A stretch of 64,000 nt of DNA. Source: Candidatus Omnitrophota bacterium. Its GTDB lineage: Bacteria > Omnitrophota > Gorgyraeia > Zapsychrales > Aceulaceae. Shown piece by piece: positions 45,144 to 55,200 of the stretch; positions within the stretch are counted from its first letter, which is position 1, and each line of letters opens with the position of its first letter. Where the stretch lies: the NCBI GenBank assembly GCA_029564765.1, contig JAKQPK010000050.1, positions 210,977 to 274,976 of the forward strand. Reading direction: 5' to 3'. The translations under genes were made by a program, and so were the position numbers. The notes under the pieces are model-generated. The model had not been told where the DNA came from and made no database searches. It worked only from the letters and a program-made list of their open reading frames with translations.

Positions 45144-45404
45144 TTAAGCGTTCAACATGTGGATGATTTTCTTAACTTTGTCGTGAGTGACGTGATAACA
45201 AGTTTCAACGCCTTTCTTTTCCGGCGTCAGAATCCCTGCTTTTTTTAAGATGCCCAAATGCTGTGAGATCGTGGATTGCGGCAACCCTGTCTTTTCAACG
45301 ATCTTTGTGACATTGCAATGATCCTTGATCAGGCCTTCCACCATCCGCAAGCGCATAGGATGGGCCAGGGCCTTGAGAATATCGCTCTCTTTCTGATAAT
45401 CCAT
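45144..45404 (-). CDS. ArsR/SmtB family regulator
   Basis: LKALAHPMRLRM, LPQSTISQHLGILK; ATG 45404 after AAGGAGG. Confidence 0.92.
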   Translation of the reverse strand: MDYQKESDILKALAHPMRLRMVEGLIKDHCNVTKIVEKTGLPQSTISQHLGILKKAGILTPEKKGVETCYHVTHDKVKKIIHMLNA

Positions 45405-45448
45405 GATTCCTCCTTGAAAGAATGATATTTTATCACAAAACATCATTC

Positions 45449-45793
45449 TTAGGTTTTTTGAAGGCACAAGGCCACTGTTTCGACGCATCCCGCACAGCTT
45501 AGCTTACGCAAACGACGGATTTCCCTGCATGTAATAGCCCCGGCCTCCAACGACAGAGCCGCCTCACATTCTTTGATCTTTTCTGGATGCTCTCTGAGAA
45601 TAACATAGGCAGCATGTAGAGCCCCGCATCGACCCTCAGGCGCTTTTCCACCGCCATGACTCTTCGCATCGTAAATTTCTTTAATGGAAATACGCCCCTG
45701 AACGTTAAACGCGCTTAAGACCGCCTGGCAACAATTTAGCTTTTGATATCCTTCTTTACCTAAAAAATAATTATAGGCCTTTTGGACAAACAT
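45449..45793 (-). CDS. C_GCAxxG_C_C family putative redox-active protein
   Basis: NCCQAV, GGG...CGALHA, TCREI, CAGCV. Confidence 0.8.
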   Translation of the reverse strand: MFVQKAYNYFLGKEGYQKLNCCQAVLSAFNVQGRISIKEIYDAKSHGGGKAPEGRCGALHAAYVILREHPEKIKECEAALSLEAGAITCREIRRLRKLSCAGCVETVALCLQKT

Positions 45794-45831
45794 GAATTTT
45801 CACCTTCTCTATTCTAGTTTTATAAATTATA

Positions 45832-45868
45832 ATATCGTAATATTACGATATAATGATGCGGATGTCAA
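45832..45868 (-). promoter_or_regulatory. Promoter with a 20-bp perfect palindrome (probable ArsR operator) over the -10
   Basis: ATATCGTAATATTACGATAT (45832-45851); TTGACA-N17-TAATAT on the minus strand. Confidence 0.75.
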
Positions 45869-45892
45869 TACCTATTCACAAATCTACTCAAT

Positions 45893-46876
45893 TTATTTCT
45901 TAAGCGTGTGACCGAAACCTATGCCGATCTTGCGACCAGCGGCGAGGATCATTTTTTCTACGCACTTGCGGCAAGTGGAAGCATCTTCAGATAAGCATAT
46001 TTTATCTGGATAGATCTCGTAGAATTTACGATATTGCATGGGTGTGATGTTAGGCATGATAATATTAGCGCCGCAGGCAAGGGCTTTTTGTCGTCCCTGC
46101 GCGTCAAGCGTGCCGACAGCGGTCGTCGCCGGAATGTGGGCATCACAGGTGATGATGCGGGTTAATGCGATAACCTTGAGCACTGTCTCGATTTTGACAT
46201 CCTTATCTCCTGCCAAAGGCGTATTTGGATGCGGCAAAAATGGTCCGATGCCGATCATATCAAGCTCAAGGGACCTAAAAAGCAAAATATCGTCTGCAAT
46301 ACTTTCAGGTGTCTGCCCTGGCAAGCCTACCATGATCCCAGAACCAACCTGATAACCTAACTCTTTAAGCCAATGAAGGCATTGCAAACGTTCGCTAAAG
46401 AGATGTCCAGGCCTTAAACGAGCGTACAACTTCTCATCTGAGGTTTCAAAGCGTAAAAGATAGCGGTCGGCCCCCGCTTCTTTAAGCTTTCGATAATCCT
46501 CTTTGGGGCGCTCGCCAATGGACAATGTGATCGCGATATTGAATTTCTTGATCTCATGGATCATGCGACAGAAATCATCCACATGATAAAAAAGATCTTC
46601 TCCGGACTGCAAAACGATCGTCGGGATCCCAAGTTCAACCGCCCTGCGTGCGTTTAAAACGATCTCATCAAACGTCATACGATAACGCGCAACCTTTTCG
46701 TTGCCTTGGCGCAGTCCGCAATACAAACAATTTTGGCCGCAATAATTTGAAAACTCAATGATGCCGCGCAAATGGACCGCTTCGCCACAGTATTGTTTGC
46801 GGACTTGGTCAGCGCGCGCAAAAAGATCTGAAGTTTCTACTGATCGAAACTGTTCAACAATTCGTTCTTTATTCAT
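45893..46876 (-). CDS. hydE: [FeFe]-hydrogenase maturase HydE
   Basis: RGIIEFSNYCGQNCLYC, VLQSGED, GIGPFLPHPNTP, IPATTA, YEIYPDK. Confidence 0.95.
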   Translation of the reverse strand: MNKERIVEQFRSVETSDLFARADQVRKQYCGEAVHLRGIIEFSNYCGQNCLYCGLRQGNEKVARYRMTFDEIVLNARRAVELGIPTIVLQSGEDLFYHVDDFCRMIHEIKKFNIAITLSIGERPKEDYRKLKEAGADRYLLRFETSDEKLYARLRPGHLFSERLQCLHWLKELGYQVGSGIMVGLPGQTPESIADDILLFRSLELDMIGIGPFLPHPNTPLAGDKDVKIETVLKVIALTRIITCDAHIPATTAVGTLDAQGRQKALACGANIIMPNITPMQYRKFYEIYPDKICLSEDASTCRKCVEKMILAAGRKIGIGFGHTLKK

Positions 46877-46882
46877 GATCGA

Positions 46883-48370
46883 TCACAGATAAAGATCCCT
46901 TTCGCCTTTTTGGATGCGCGTGTAGTAGTCTATGAGTTTTGGAAAAAGCTTTGGCATTTTTTGCCTAACTTCCTCGATCTCCCGCGCCAAGACCGGCTCG
47001 GCGATTCTTTTTGTTTCTTCTGAGGCAAAGTCATCCAGCCATTCACGAAATGTCAGGATCGCATTCAGTTTGCAAAACTTCCCTTCTGTGCCGTCACGCA
47101 AAAGATCCATGATGCATTTTCCGGTACGTCCGCAACGATAACCAGCCGTACAAAAAGAAGTAATGTACCCTTTCTGCGCGAACTCCTTGATCACTTCATC
47201 CAAGCTCCTTGTATCACCAAGGAGGAACTGTTGCTTTTCTTTCTTCTGCTTTTCTTCTGGACTGTCATAGGCACCCACACCAATACGGCTTGAGGCGTCG
47301 GTTTGCGTAATGCCAAGCTCCAGAACATCTCGGCGTATTTGCTCATTTTCGCGCGCGGTAACAATAAGGCCGGCGTGCGGAACACTTAGACGGAGGATCA
47401 TAACAATTTTTTTAAAATCCTCATCATTTACACGGTAACGGGAAAAGTGATCAAGCTCGACTTTATGCGCTGGCTCAAGCCGCGGAAATGATATCGTATG
47501 CGGCCCAATGCCAAGTTTTTTCTCAAGTTCGATCGCGTGATACAGAAGCCCTAGGACTTCAAACCGCCAGTCATAAAGCCCGAATAAAATACCAATCCCG
47601 ACATCATCGATCCCGGCCTCTAGGGCTCGATGCATGCAATACAGCCGCCACGCATAGTTCCCTTTGATCGTATTAGCCGGATGAACACGTGCGTACGTTG
47701 CATGATGATACGTTTCTTGAAAAACCTGATACGTCCCCAACCCGACTTCTTTTAGGCGAACAAGATCTTCAATGGAAAATGGTGGCGCATTCACATTGAC
47801 ACGGCGGATATTGCCAACACCATGTTTTGTCTTGCTTTGAACGCTGTAGATCGTTCTGATTGTTTCTAAAATATAATTAATATCATTCTTGGGGTGTTCT
47901 CCGTACACAACAACCAACCGCTTATGCCCAATGCCGCCTGCCAGGGCCTCCACTTCTTTCTTGATCTCTTCCGCAGACAGGACACGACGGGCAACATCTT
48001 GATTGTCAGCTTTCAGGCCGCAATACGCGCAGTTGTTCACGCAAAAATTCCCTAAATATAAAGGCGCAAAGGTAACGATGCGATTGTCATAAACTTTCTT
48101 CTTAACCTCAAGCGCTGCCTTTTTCATCTCATCCAACAGATCCGGATCGCGAACATTCATTAAAAGAACCGTCTCTTGGGGTGAGAGTGTTTGAACAGAT
48201 AAGGATTTCGCCAAGATATCTTTTAACTCACGAAGATCAGGGCTGCGCTTGTTCTGCAAAAAGAACGTCATCTGGTCTTCGTTGATAAAATCTTTACCGT
48301 TATCGAGATACTTATCTATCTCATCTTGCTTAATAGGATTCTTGAACTTTGCTGTGACAGCTGCACTCAT
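46883..48370 (-). CDS. hydG: [FeFe]-hydrogenase maturase HydG
   Basis: FAPLY, CVNNCAYC, FQETY, GPHTISFPR, auxiliary CX5CX19C; probable start MSAAV at 48370. Confidence 0.95.
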   Translation of the reverse strand: MSAAVTAKFKNPIKQDEIDKYLDNGKDFINEDQMTFFLQNKRSPDLRELKDILAKSLSVQTLSPQETVLLMNVRDPDLLDEMKKAALEVKKKVYDNRIVTFAPLYLGNFCVNNCAYCGLKADNQDVARRVLSAEEIKKEVEALAGGIGHKRLVVVYGEHPKNDINYILETIRTIYSVQSKTKHGVGNIRRVNVNAPPFSIEDLVRLKEVGLGTYQVFQETYHHATYARVHPANTIKGNYAWRLYCMHRALEAGIDDVGIGILFGLYDWRFEVLGLLYHAIELEKKLGIGPHTISFPRLEPAHKVELDHFSRYRVNDEDFKKIVMILRLSVPHAGLIVTARENEQIRRDVLELGITQTDASSRIGVGAYDSPEEKQKKEKQQFLLGDTRSLDEVIKEFAQKGYITSFCTAGYRCGRTGKCIMDLLRDGTEGKFCKLNAILTFREWLDDFASEETKRIAEPVLAREIEEVRQKMPKLFPKLIDYYTRIQKGERDLYL

Positions 48371-48374
48371 TTTA

Positions 48375-49628
48375 CTACCTCTGTTTCTTTGCCTTTTCAT
48401 CTTGAAACGCCTTGAGCGCCTGAGGAAATGGTGTTAAAACCCTTTCCAGAACACCCTGCAAAAAAGAAATGCATACACCATAATTGGTAACCGAAACACC
48501 AGCCTGTTGTGCATGATACATGCGCGATAACGTTTCTCGACGCGTAAGCATACAAGAACCGCAAAGAATTGCCAGCTTGTATCCTTTTAGATATTCGGGA
48601 TAATCACGGCCAGCGCAGACATCAATTTTTAGGTCTAAGCCTGTGTATTTTTTCAACCAGCGCGGGATCTTCACCCGGCCGATATCGTCCTCAACCGCAT
48701 GATGACTGCAAGACTCTGCGATCAAAATACGATCACCCTTCTTAAGGTTGTCGATGGCAACAACTCCGCGCGACATCTCGCTTAGATCCCCTTTCATACG
48801 CGCGAAGAGGATCGAAAATGTCGTGCAAGATACGTTTTTAGGAGTTTCCTTGACCATGCGGTCAACTACTTGCGAGTCGCAAACAACGATATCTGGAGGG
48901 GTTTTCAGATCGCCCAAAACTTTCAAATACTCAGTTTCTTTCACGATAATGCTCACGCCGCTCGCATCGAGCGTATCCCTGATAACTTGTACCTGCGGCA
49001 AAATGATGCGCCCTTTTGGCGCTTCCAAGTCAATAGGGATAATGAGCAAGGCTGTTCCGCCTTTGGGCATGAGATCTCCCACAAGAGCCGGAGGCTTGAT
49101 AAAATCTTCCGGGCAACACGTCACAAGCTGTTCCTTGAGGCCATTGACAAAGCTATCACGTTTATCTTTCTGAACACTGCTCACGCAAACGACTTTTTCT
49201 GTCTTTTTTCGCAATCTTTCTAGAAGTGTCTTTTGAGGAGCCTCGACATCGATCTTATTAACAACAACGACATAAGGGATGTTGCGCTTTAGCGCCTCAG
49301 AGCAAACATAATCCTCAAAATCAGTCCAAATGTTTGGCTCTGTGACCAGCAAAATGATATCTGAGCGATCAAAGATCTTTTTTGTCTTCTTGATACGTAG
49401 ATCTGAAAGCGTCGACACGTCATCTAGTCCGGCCGTATCTAAAAAAACCACCGGACCTAAAGGTAGAAGCTCCATAACCTTTTCGACAACATCCGTGGTT
49501 GTCCCTGGCACAGGTGACGTGATGGCGACATCTTGACCGGCCACCATATTCAGAAAACTTGACTTTCCGACATTCGTTCGGCCAAAAAGACCGATCTGTA
49601 AACGTAATGATTTTGGTGTTTTTTCCAT
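48375..49628 (-). CDS. hydF: [FeFe]-hydrogenase maturation GTPase HydF
   Basis: GRTNVGKSS, GTTTD, DTAG, NKID, APKGRIILPQ, ESCSHH, CGSC, TNYG. Confidence 0.96.
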   Translation of the reverse strand: MEKTPKSLRLQIGLFGRTNVGKSSFLNMVAGQDVAITSPVPGTTTDVVEKVMELLPLGPVVFLDTAGLDDVSTLSDLRIKKTKKIFDRSDIILLVTEPNIWTDFEDYVCSEALKRNIPYVVVVNKIDVEAPQKTLLERLRKKTEKVVCVSSVQKDKRDSFVNGLKEQLVTCCPEDFIKPPALVGDLMPKGGTALLIIPIDLEAPKGRIILPQVQVIRDTLDASGVSIIVKETEYLKVLGDLKTPPDIVVCDSQVVDRMVKETPKNVSCTTFSILFARMKGDLSEMSRGVVAIDNLKKGDRILIAESCSHHAVEDDIGRVKIPRWLKKYTGLDLKIDVCAGRDYPEYLKGYKLAILCGSCMLTRRETLSRMYHAQQAGVSVTNYGVCISFLQGVLERVLTPFPQALKAFQDEKAKKQR

Positions 49629-49643
49629 AATTATCTTTTCTTT

Positions 49644-49895
49644 TTACGCTACTTTGACTAATGCGGACTTAACAGAAACACCCTTGATCTCGCCCAAGCG
49701 TCCTGTCAGAGCGCCGATTTCATCGGTCGTGGCATCCACGATCAAGGTGATCACACCGATATTTTTCTCTTTGTAGGGGATCCCCATGCGCCCGACGAAC
49801 ATCTTGGCATGCTGGTGCAGAATGTGGTTGACCGCCTCTGCGCTTTGTTCTCTGTCATGGATAATGATCCCAATAAAACCCAAACGATTATTCAT
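49644..49895 (-). CDS. TM1266 family putative iron-only hydrogenase system regulator (ACT-like)
   Basis: RLGFIGIII, VNHILH, GRMGIPY, IGALTGRLG..GVSVKS; upstream of hydF. Confidence 0.88.
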   Translation of the reverse strand: MNNRLGFIGIIIHDREQSAEAVNHILHQHAKMFVGRMGIPYKEKNIGVITLIVDATTDEIGALTGRLGEIKGVSVKSALVKVA

Positions 49896-49944
49896 GGCCT
49901 TCCCTTCCTTGATATGTACCAAACCTGCCGGACAGGTCGATCAA

Positions 49945-50068
49945 TAAAAAATCCCGAACCGCCTAAAGACAGCAGCTCGGGATCAATACAAAAAGACCTT
50001 ATCAGCAAAAATCTGTTGATATGGACTCCCTTGTCCTCAGGGCAAAATACCCCTCGTCTTTAGGCAAT
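49945..50068 (-). promoter_or_regulatory. Structured leader with terminator and antiterminator (unassigned riboswitch/attenuator candidate)
   Basis: 12-bp terminator stem 49951-49983 (both non-WC pairs are G-U on the minus strand) plus T tract; GCCTAAAGAC at the leader 5' end is complementary to GTCTTTAGGC in the terminator loop/3' arm. Confidence 0.7.
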
Positions 50069-50106
50069 ACGGAAATCTTAAGGTATTTTAAAGAGCCTTA
50101 TATGCT

Positions 50107-50451
50107 TTACTTCTTCATCAACTCATCAATGGTCTGGTCAACCATTGTAACATACGTCATAGCGCTTGCGCCGCCCACCAAGACAGCGACCATGCACGCT
50201 TCCAGCATTTCTTCCTTGGTCCAGCCCTGCTTTAAACAGTTCGTGACGGCGCGGGCAAGGCAAACAGGACATTTCTGGCTAACGCTAGAGACAAGCATCA
50301 GCAACCATTTTGTTTTTTCAGGAAGACGATTTGATCTTAAAATTGTTTCTTTTTCTTTAATGAACGCCTCATACTCGGCAGGAACGGTCTTGCGAATATC
50401 GCTCATGCGTTCATTGAAATCGCTCAAGATCACCTTTGGGTCATAGACCAT
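50107..50451 (-). CDS. Carboxymuconolactone decarboxylase / AhpD-like protein
   Basis: LPEKTKWLL...KCPVC...GWTKEEMLEA..VAVLVGG. Confidence 0.85.
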   Translation of the reverse strand: MVYDPKVILSDFNERMSDIRKTVPAEYEAFIKEKETILRSNRLPEKTKWLLMLVSSVSQKCPVCLARAVTNCLKQGWTKEEMLEACMVAVLVGGASAMTYVTMVDQTIDELMKK

Positions 50452-50506
50452 CGCGCACCTCTGCTGTTATCATGACTGGCCAACAAAATTCTTAAGCGTT
50501 AATCTA

Positions 50507-52285
50507 TCAAATTTTATCACTTCGGTCAACATAATGTGTATGTAAAAGCTCATGGCTTTTATGCCCACAGGGCCCGTCCTTGAAAAACTCTTCATATAAC
50601 TTTTTAACATCTGGATTTTCATGTGACTTGCGAAGACTCTTGCCCTCATCTTCTTTATAGATCGCTTGGATACGTGCCTGGCGCACCTCATCCGTTGTGA
50701 ATCGTGGCTGTCCACCGCCACCGATACATCCCCCAGGACAGGTCATGACCTCAACAAAATGATACTGTGCCTTGCCAGCCTTGATCAGGTCCAATAATGC
50801 TGCCGCGTTCGATAAGCCATGAGCCACAGCGACCTTAAGCTCTACCCCTTCTAAGAAAGACCATGCGGGAAGGACTTTTTCAAGCTTAAGCGCTGCTTCT
50901 TTGATCCCTTGAAGCCCTGCCAGGGGCTGAATATGCAAATTCTCTGTTGGCAGCCCGCGTCCCGTGACAATCTCGTAAGCGGTGCGGATCGCGGCTTCCA
51001 TAACGCCACCGCTGTTGGCAAAAATATCCGCGGCCCCGGATGAAAGCCCAAGGGGTGAATCCATCTGTCCGTCTTCCAATGCGCGAAAGTCAATACCAGC
51101 AGCCTCGATCATCTGACCCAGTTCCCGGGTTGTCAAAACATAATCAACATCCTTAACACCGCTGCTGCTCATTTCTGGACGAGTTGATTCAAATTTCTTG
51201 GCTGTGCACGGCATCACGGAAACGACCACCATATCTTCCGGACGCACGCCTTTTTTCTGGGCGTAAAATGTTTTGGCGATAGCCCCGAACATTTGCTGCG
51301 GAGATTTGCAAGAAGAAAGATTGGACAAAAACTCAGGATAAAAATACTCAGTAAACTTGATCCATCCCGGGGAGCAACTGGAAAATTGCGGCAACGCAAC
51401 AGGTTGCTTATCCACCAAAGCTTTCTTTAATCTCATTAAAAGCTCTGTCCCTTCTTCCATGATCGTTAAGTCTGCGGTAAAATTCGTATCAAAGACCGCG
51501 TGAAAACCCATGCGGCGAAGAGCTGTGATCATTTTGCCCGTCACCAAAGTTCCCGGCGGATAATCAAAGCACTCTCCCAGCGCTGCGCGGATCGCCGGAG
51601 CTGTCTGCACGATGACATGTTTTGTTTTATCTTCTAAGGCGGCCCAAACCATATCGACATGACTTTTCTCAACGATCGCGCCCACAGGGCAGACAGCTGC
51701 GCACTGGCCGCACTGCACGCACGGCACATCATCCAACCCCAACTCAAAAGCAGGCCCGATCAACGTTTTGTATCCACGATTTTGAGGGAACAACGCCCCC
51801 ACTCTTTGGATCTCATTGCAAACGGTCACACACCGTCGACATTTAATGCATTTTCCTGAATCACGCATTAATGCTGCCGTTGTCGTGTCTAAAGATCTTT
51901 TTGGTTTCTCACCAACATAATGCGATTCCCGGATCCCCAAGCTATAAGCTAAAGTTTTCAATTCACAGTCATCTGCCCGATCACAAATCTGACAATCCCC
52001 TTCATGCTCACTCAAAAGAAGTTCAACGACGAGTTTGCGCGCCTTACGGACACGCGGGCTATTGGTAAAAACAACCATCCCTTCGTTGACTGGTGTTGAG
52101 CACGAAGAGACCAAATTGCGGCCTCCTTGAATTTCTACAACACAGACACGGCACGCGCCAATAGGGTCTTTGCCCTGCAAATAACACAAAGTTGGGATAA
52201 TAATGCCTATCTTTTTTGCCGCCTGTAGGATCGTTGTTTCAGGGGGAACTTCTACGCAGTTGCGATCAATCGTTAGCTTTATCAT
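50507..52285 (-). CDS. hydA: [FeFe]-hydrogenase catalytic subunit, group A3 (copy 1)
   Basis: [2Fe-2S], His-ligated and 2x[4Fe-4S] domains; H-cluster motifs SSCSPGW, MPCTAKKFE, EVMTCPGGCIGGGGQP. Confidence 0.96.
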   Translation of the reverse strand: MIKLTIDRNCVEVPPETTILQAAKKIGIIIPTLCYLQGKDPIGACRVCVVEIQGGRNLVSSCSTPVNEGMVVFTNSPRVRKARKLVVELLLSEHEGDCQICDRADDCELKTLAYSLGIRESHYVGEKPKRSLDTTTAALMRDSGKCIKCRRCVTVCNEIQRVGALFPQNRGYKTLIGPAFELGLDDVPCVQCGQCAAVCPVGAIVEKSHVDMVWAALEDKTKHVIVQTAPAIRAALGECFDYPPGTLVTGKMITALRRMGFHAVFDTNFTADLTIMEEGTELLMRLKKALVDKQPVALPQFSSCSPGWIKFTEYFYPEFLSNLSSCKSPQQMFGAIAKTFYAQKKGVRPEDMVVVSVMPCTAKKFESTRPEMSSSGVKDVDYVLTTRELGQMIEAAGIDFRALEDGQMDSPLGLSSGAADIFANSGGVMEAAIRTAYEIVTGRGLPTENLHIQPLAGLQGIKEAALKLEKVLPAWSFLEGVELKVAVAHGLSNAAALLDLIKAGKAQYHFVEVMTCPGGCIGGGGQPRFTTDEVRQARIQAIYKEDEGKSLRKSHENPDVKKLYEEFFKDGPCGHKSHELLHTHYVDRSDKI

Positions 52286-55200
52286 TATGCCTGACCCCCT
52301 TTCTGCTCAACGCACTTCCCATAGTCACAGCGCAAACATCTTTTTGCCTGGCGTCGGGCTACCCCTTCGTTCCAAGATTGTTCTACCTCGTCAAAATTAT
52401 GCTTTCGCCGTGCAACGTCGATCAAGCGCAAAGGCTCCCGCGGATAAGGCACGGGATCCGCATCAGGATCAAAATCAACCTTGGTCTCTTTTTGCTTGCG
52501 CCAAAAGGCATGCGCTTCCCCTGTCAGGTACTGATCGATGCCAACGGCCGCACGCTCTCCAGAGGCAATAGCCATGACAACAGAGGACGGCCCTGTAGCC
52601 ACATCCCCTCCGGCAAAAATCCCTTCTGCTGACGTCTTGCCCGATACAGGATCCGCGATAATAAAACTTTTTTCAGAAAGCTTAACAACAGAACCGTCAA
52701 GGATCTTTTTTGCATCCATCTTCTGTCCTATCGCCACGATCACTTGATCTGTTTCAATATCAAAAACATCCTCTGTGTTAGCTGTTGGCCGACGGCGCCC
52801 TGTCTGATCAAAATCCCCAAGCTTCATATGGATACACTTTAGTCCACAGACCTTTCCGTTCTTGTCTTTTTTGATCTCGATCGGATGGGTGAGAGGTAAT
52901 ATCTTAACGCCTTCATGAACCGCCTCATCCACTTCTTCAGCATAAGCCGGCATTTCATTCTGGCTGCGTCGATAAATGACCGTGACCTCTTGCGCTCCTA
53001 AGCGCAAGGCGCTTCGCGACGCATCGATCGCCGCGTTACCACCTCCAACGACAATGACCTTTTTACCAACGGGAACTGACCCGCGGATATTATAAGTCCT
53101 TAAGAAATCCAAGGCATCCACAACACCCTGAGCGTCCTCACCATCGAGACCTAAGCGCACACTCTCTGGAGCACCCACAGCGACAAAGATCGCCTCATAA
53201 CCATGCTTCTTCAAGGATTCAATCGTAAAATCACGCCCTAAGGCCTTTCCTGTCTCAATATCAACGCCTAGCTGCTCGATCATGCGGATCTCCCTAGCTA
53301 ATGTTTCTCTTGGCAGGCGGTAGGCCGGGATCGTCTGCACGAGCATCCCTCCGGGGCGCATCTCTTTTTCAAAAACCTTAGGACGATAACCAAGCCGTGC
53401 GAGAAAATAAGCGCACGATAGCCCCGCGGGCCCCGCTCCAATAATAGCGATCTTTTTTGTGGCATTCTTTTCATTCTGATGCATTTCAGGGATCTGGACA
53501 ACGATCTCCTGGTCAACCATGAAACGCTTAACACCGCGGATGGAAACAGAAGTATCGAGTGTTGCGCGACGACATTTGTCTTCACACGTGTGAAAACAGA
53601 CGCGAGCGCAAACAGCGGCGAACGGATTGCGTTCACGGTGCAGCTTTAAGGCCTCCGCATACCGCTCTTCACCCGTTAACGCGACAAATCCCGGAACATC
53701 AACGCCGGCAGGGCAAGCACTTTGACAAGGAGCGCGAACAAGATCCGGACAAACCCCCGCCTCACAATGCTTATCGCGAATATGTTCTTCATATTCCTTA
53801 GGAAAATGACGCAATGTCGAACGAACAGGATTCGCGGAAGTATAGCCTAAACCGCACAAGGCCGAATCTTTAATGCCTTCGCCCAGTTCTACGAGTTTTT
53901 TCAGATCAGCTGGCTCCCCTTCTCCCCGGCATATTTTTTCAAGGATCTCAAGCATACGCTTGGACCCTACCCGGCACGGCACACATTTCCCGCAAGATTC
54001 ATCTTGCACGAACTCAAGAAAAAATCTCGCGACATCCACGATACAGGAATCATCATCCATAACAATGAGGCCGCCAGAACCCATGATGGCCCCAAGCTCA
54101 ACAAGCGTATCGTAATCCAAAGGAACATTTAGATGTTGTTTAGGGATGCATCCTCCTGATGGCCCTCCGATCTGAGCAGCTTTGAACTCTTTTCCATTTT
54201 TAATACCGCCACCGATATCATAGATCAGCTCCCCTAAAGATGTTCCGATCGGAACCTCAACGAGCCCTGTATTGTTCACAGCACCTGCCAAAGCGAAGAC
54301 CTTTGTTCCCTTGCTCTTCTCGGATCCCATTGAAGCAAACCAATCCGCACCCTTTAAAAGGATCACAGGGACATTGACATATGTTTCCACATTATTCAAA
54401 AGACTTGGCTTTCCCCACAACCCTTTGATCGCTGGAAACGGTGGCCGAGGACGTGGTTCGCCGCGTTTGCCTTCCAAGGACGCCATAAGCGCGGTCTCTT
54501 CCCCACACACAAAAGCCCCGGAACCCATACGAATATCAAGATCAAAAGAAAAATCTGTTCCAAGGATCTTATCCCCTAAAAGACCACAGGCACGCGCCTG
54601 CTCGATCGCCTTCATTAATCGTGAAACAGCCAACGGATATTCTGCGCGCACATAAACAAATCCTTGTTTCGCACCGATCGCTAAAGCAGCGATCATCATC
54701 CCTTCGATAACGCTATGAGGATCTCCTTCAAGAACGCTGCGGTTCATGAACGCTCCGGGGTCACCTTCATCCGCATTGCAAATGACATATTTCACATCCC
54801 CTAAAGCCTTACGCGCGAAATCCCACTTCATGCCGGTAGAAAAACCTGCCCCTCCGCGACCGCGCAAGCCCGATCTCTTGACTTCGTCGATGATCTGATC
54901 AGCTGTTAACGAGGTTAACGCTTTTGCTAATGCCTGATACCCGTCAACCCGGATATAGTCAACGATATTCTGAGGATCGATCGTCCCGCAATGACGCAAA
55001 ACAACCTTTGTCTGCCGCTTAAAAAAATCAACATCCTTGATATCCTGAACAGCTTGGTTCGTTTCGTAATTCCGGTGCAAAAGACGCTCGACAACTTTTC
55101 CTTTGAACAGATGTTCTTCAAAGATCTGATCAACATCCTGAAGGGAAACATTCTCATAAAAAACATGTCCCGGGTTAACGACCATCACAGGCCCCTTCGC

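Noticed and set aside
47050-47155. HydG CTAG instead of CTAC as loss of the auxiliary cluster
   Set aside because: The sequence fits the known alternative CX5CX19C ligation motif.
49945-50068. TPP riboswitch call (GGGG...CTGAG; HydG is a ThiH homolog)
   Set aside because: The conserved CCTGA...AATGCC/AGCG..GG half of the TPP aptamer is absent; kept as an unassigned leader.
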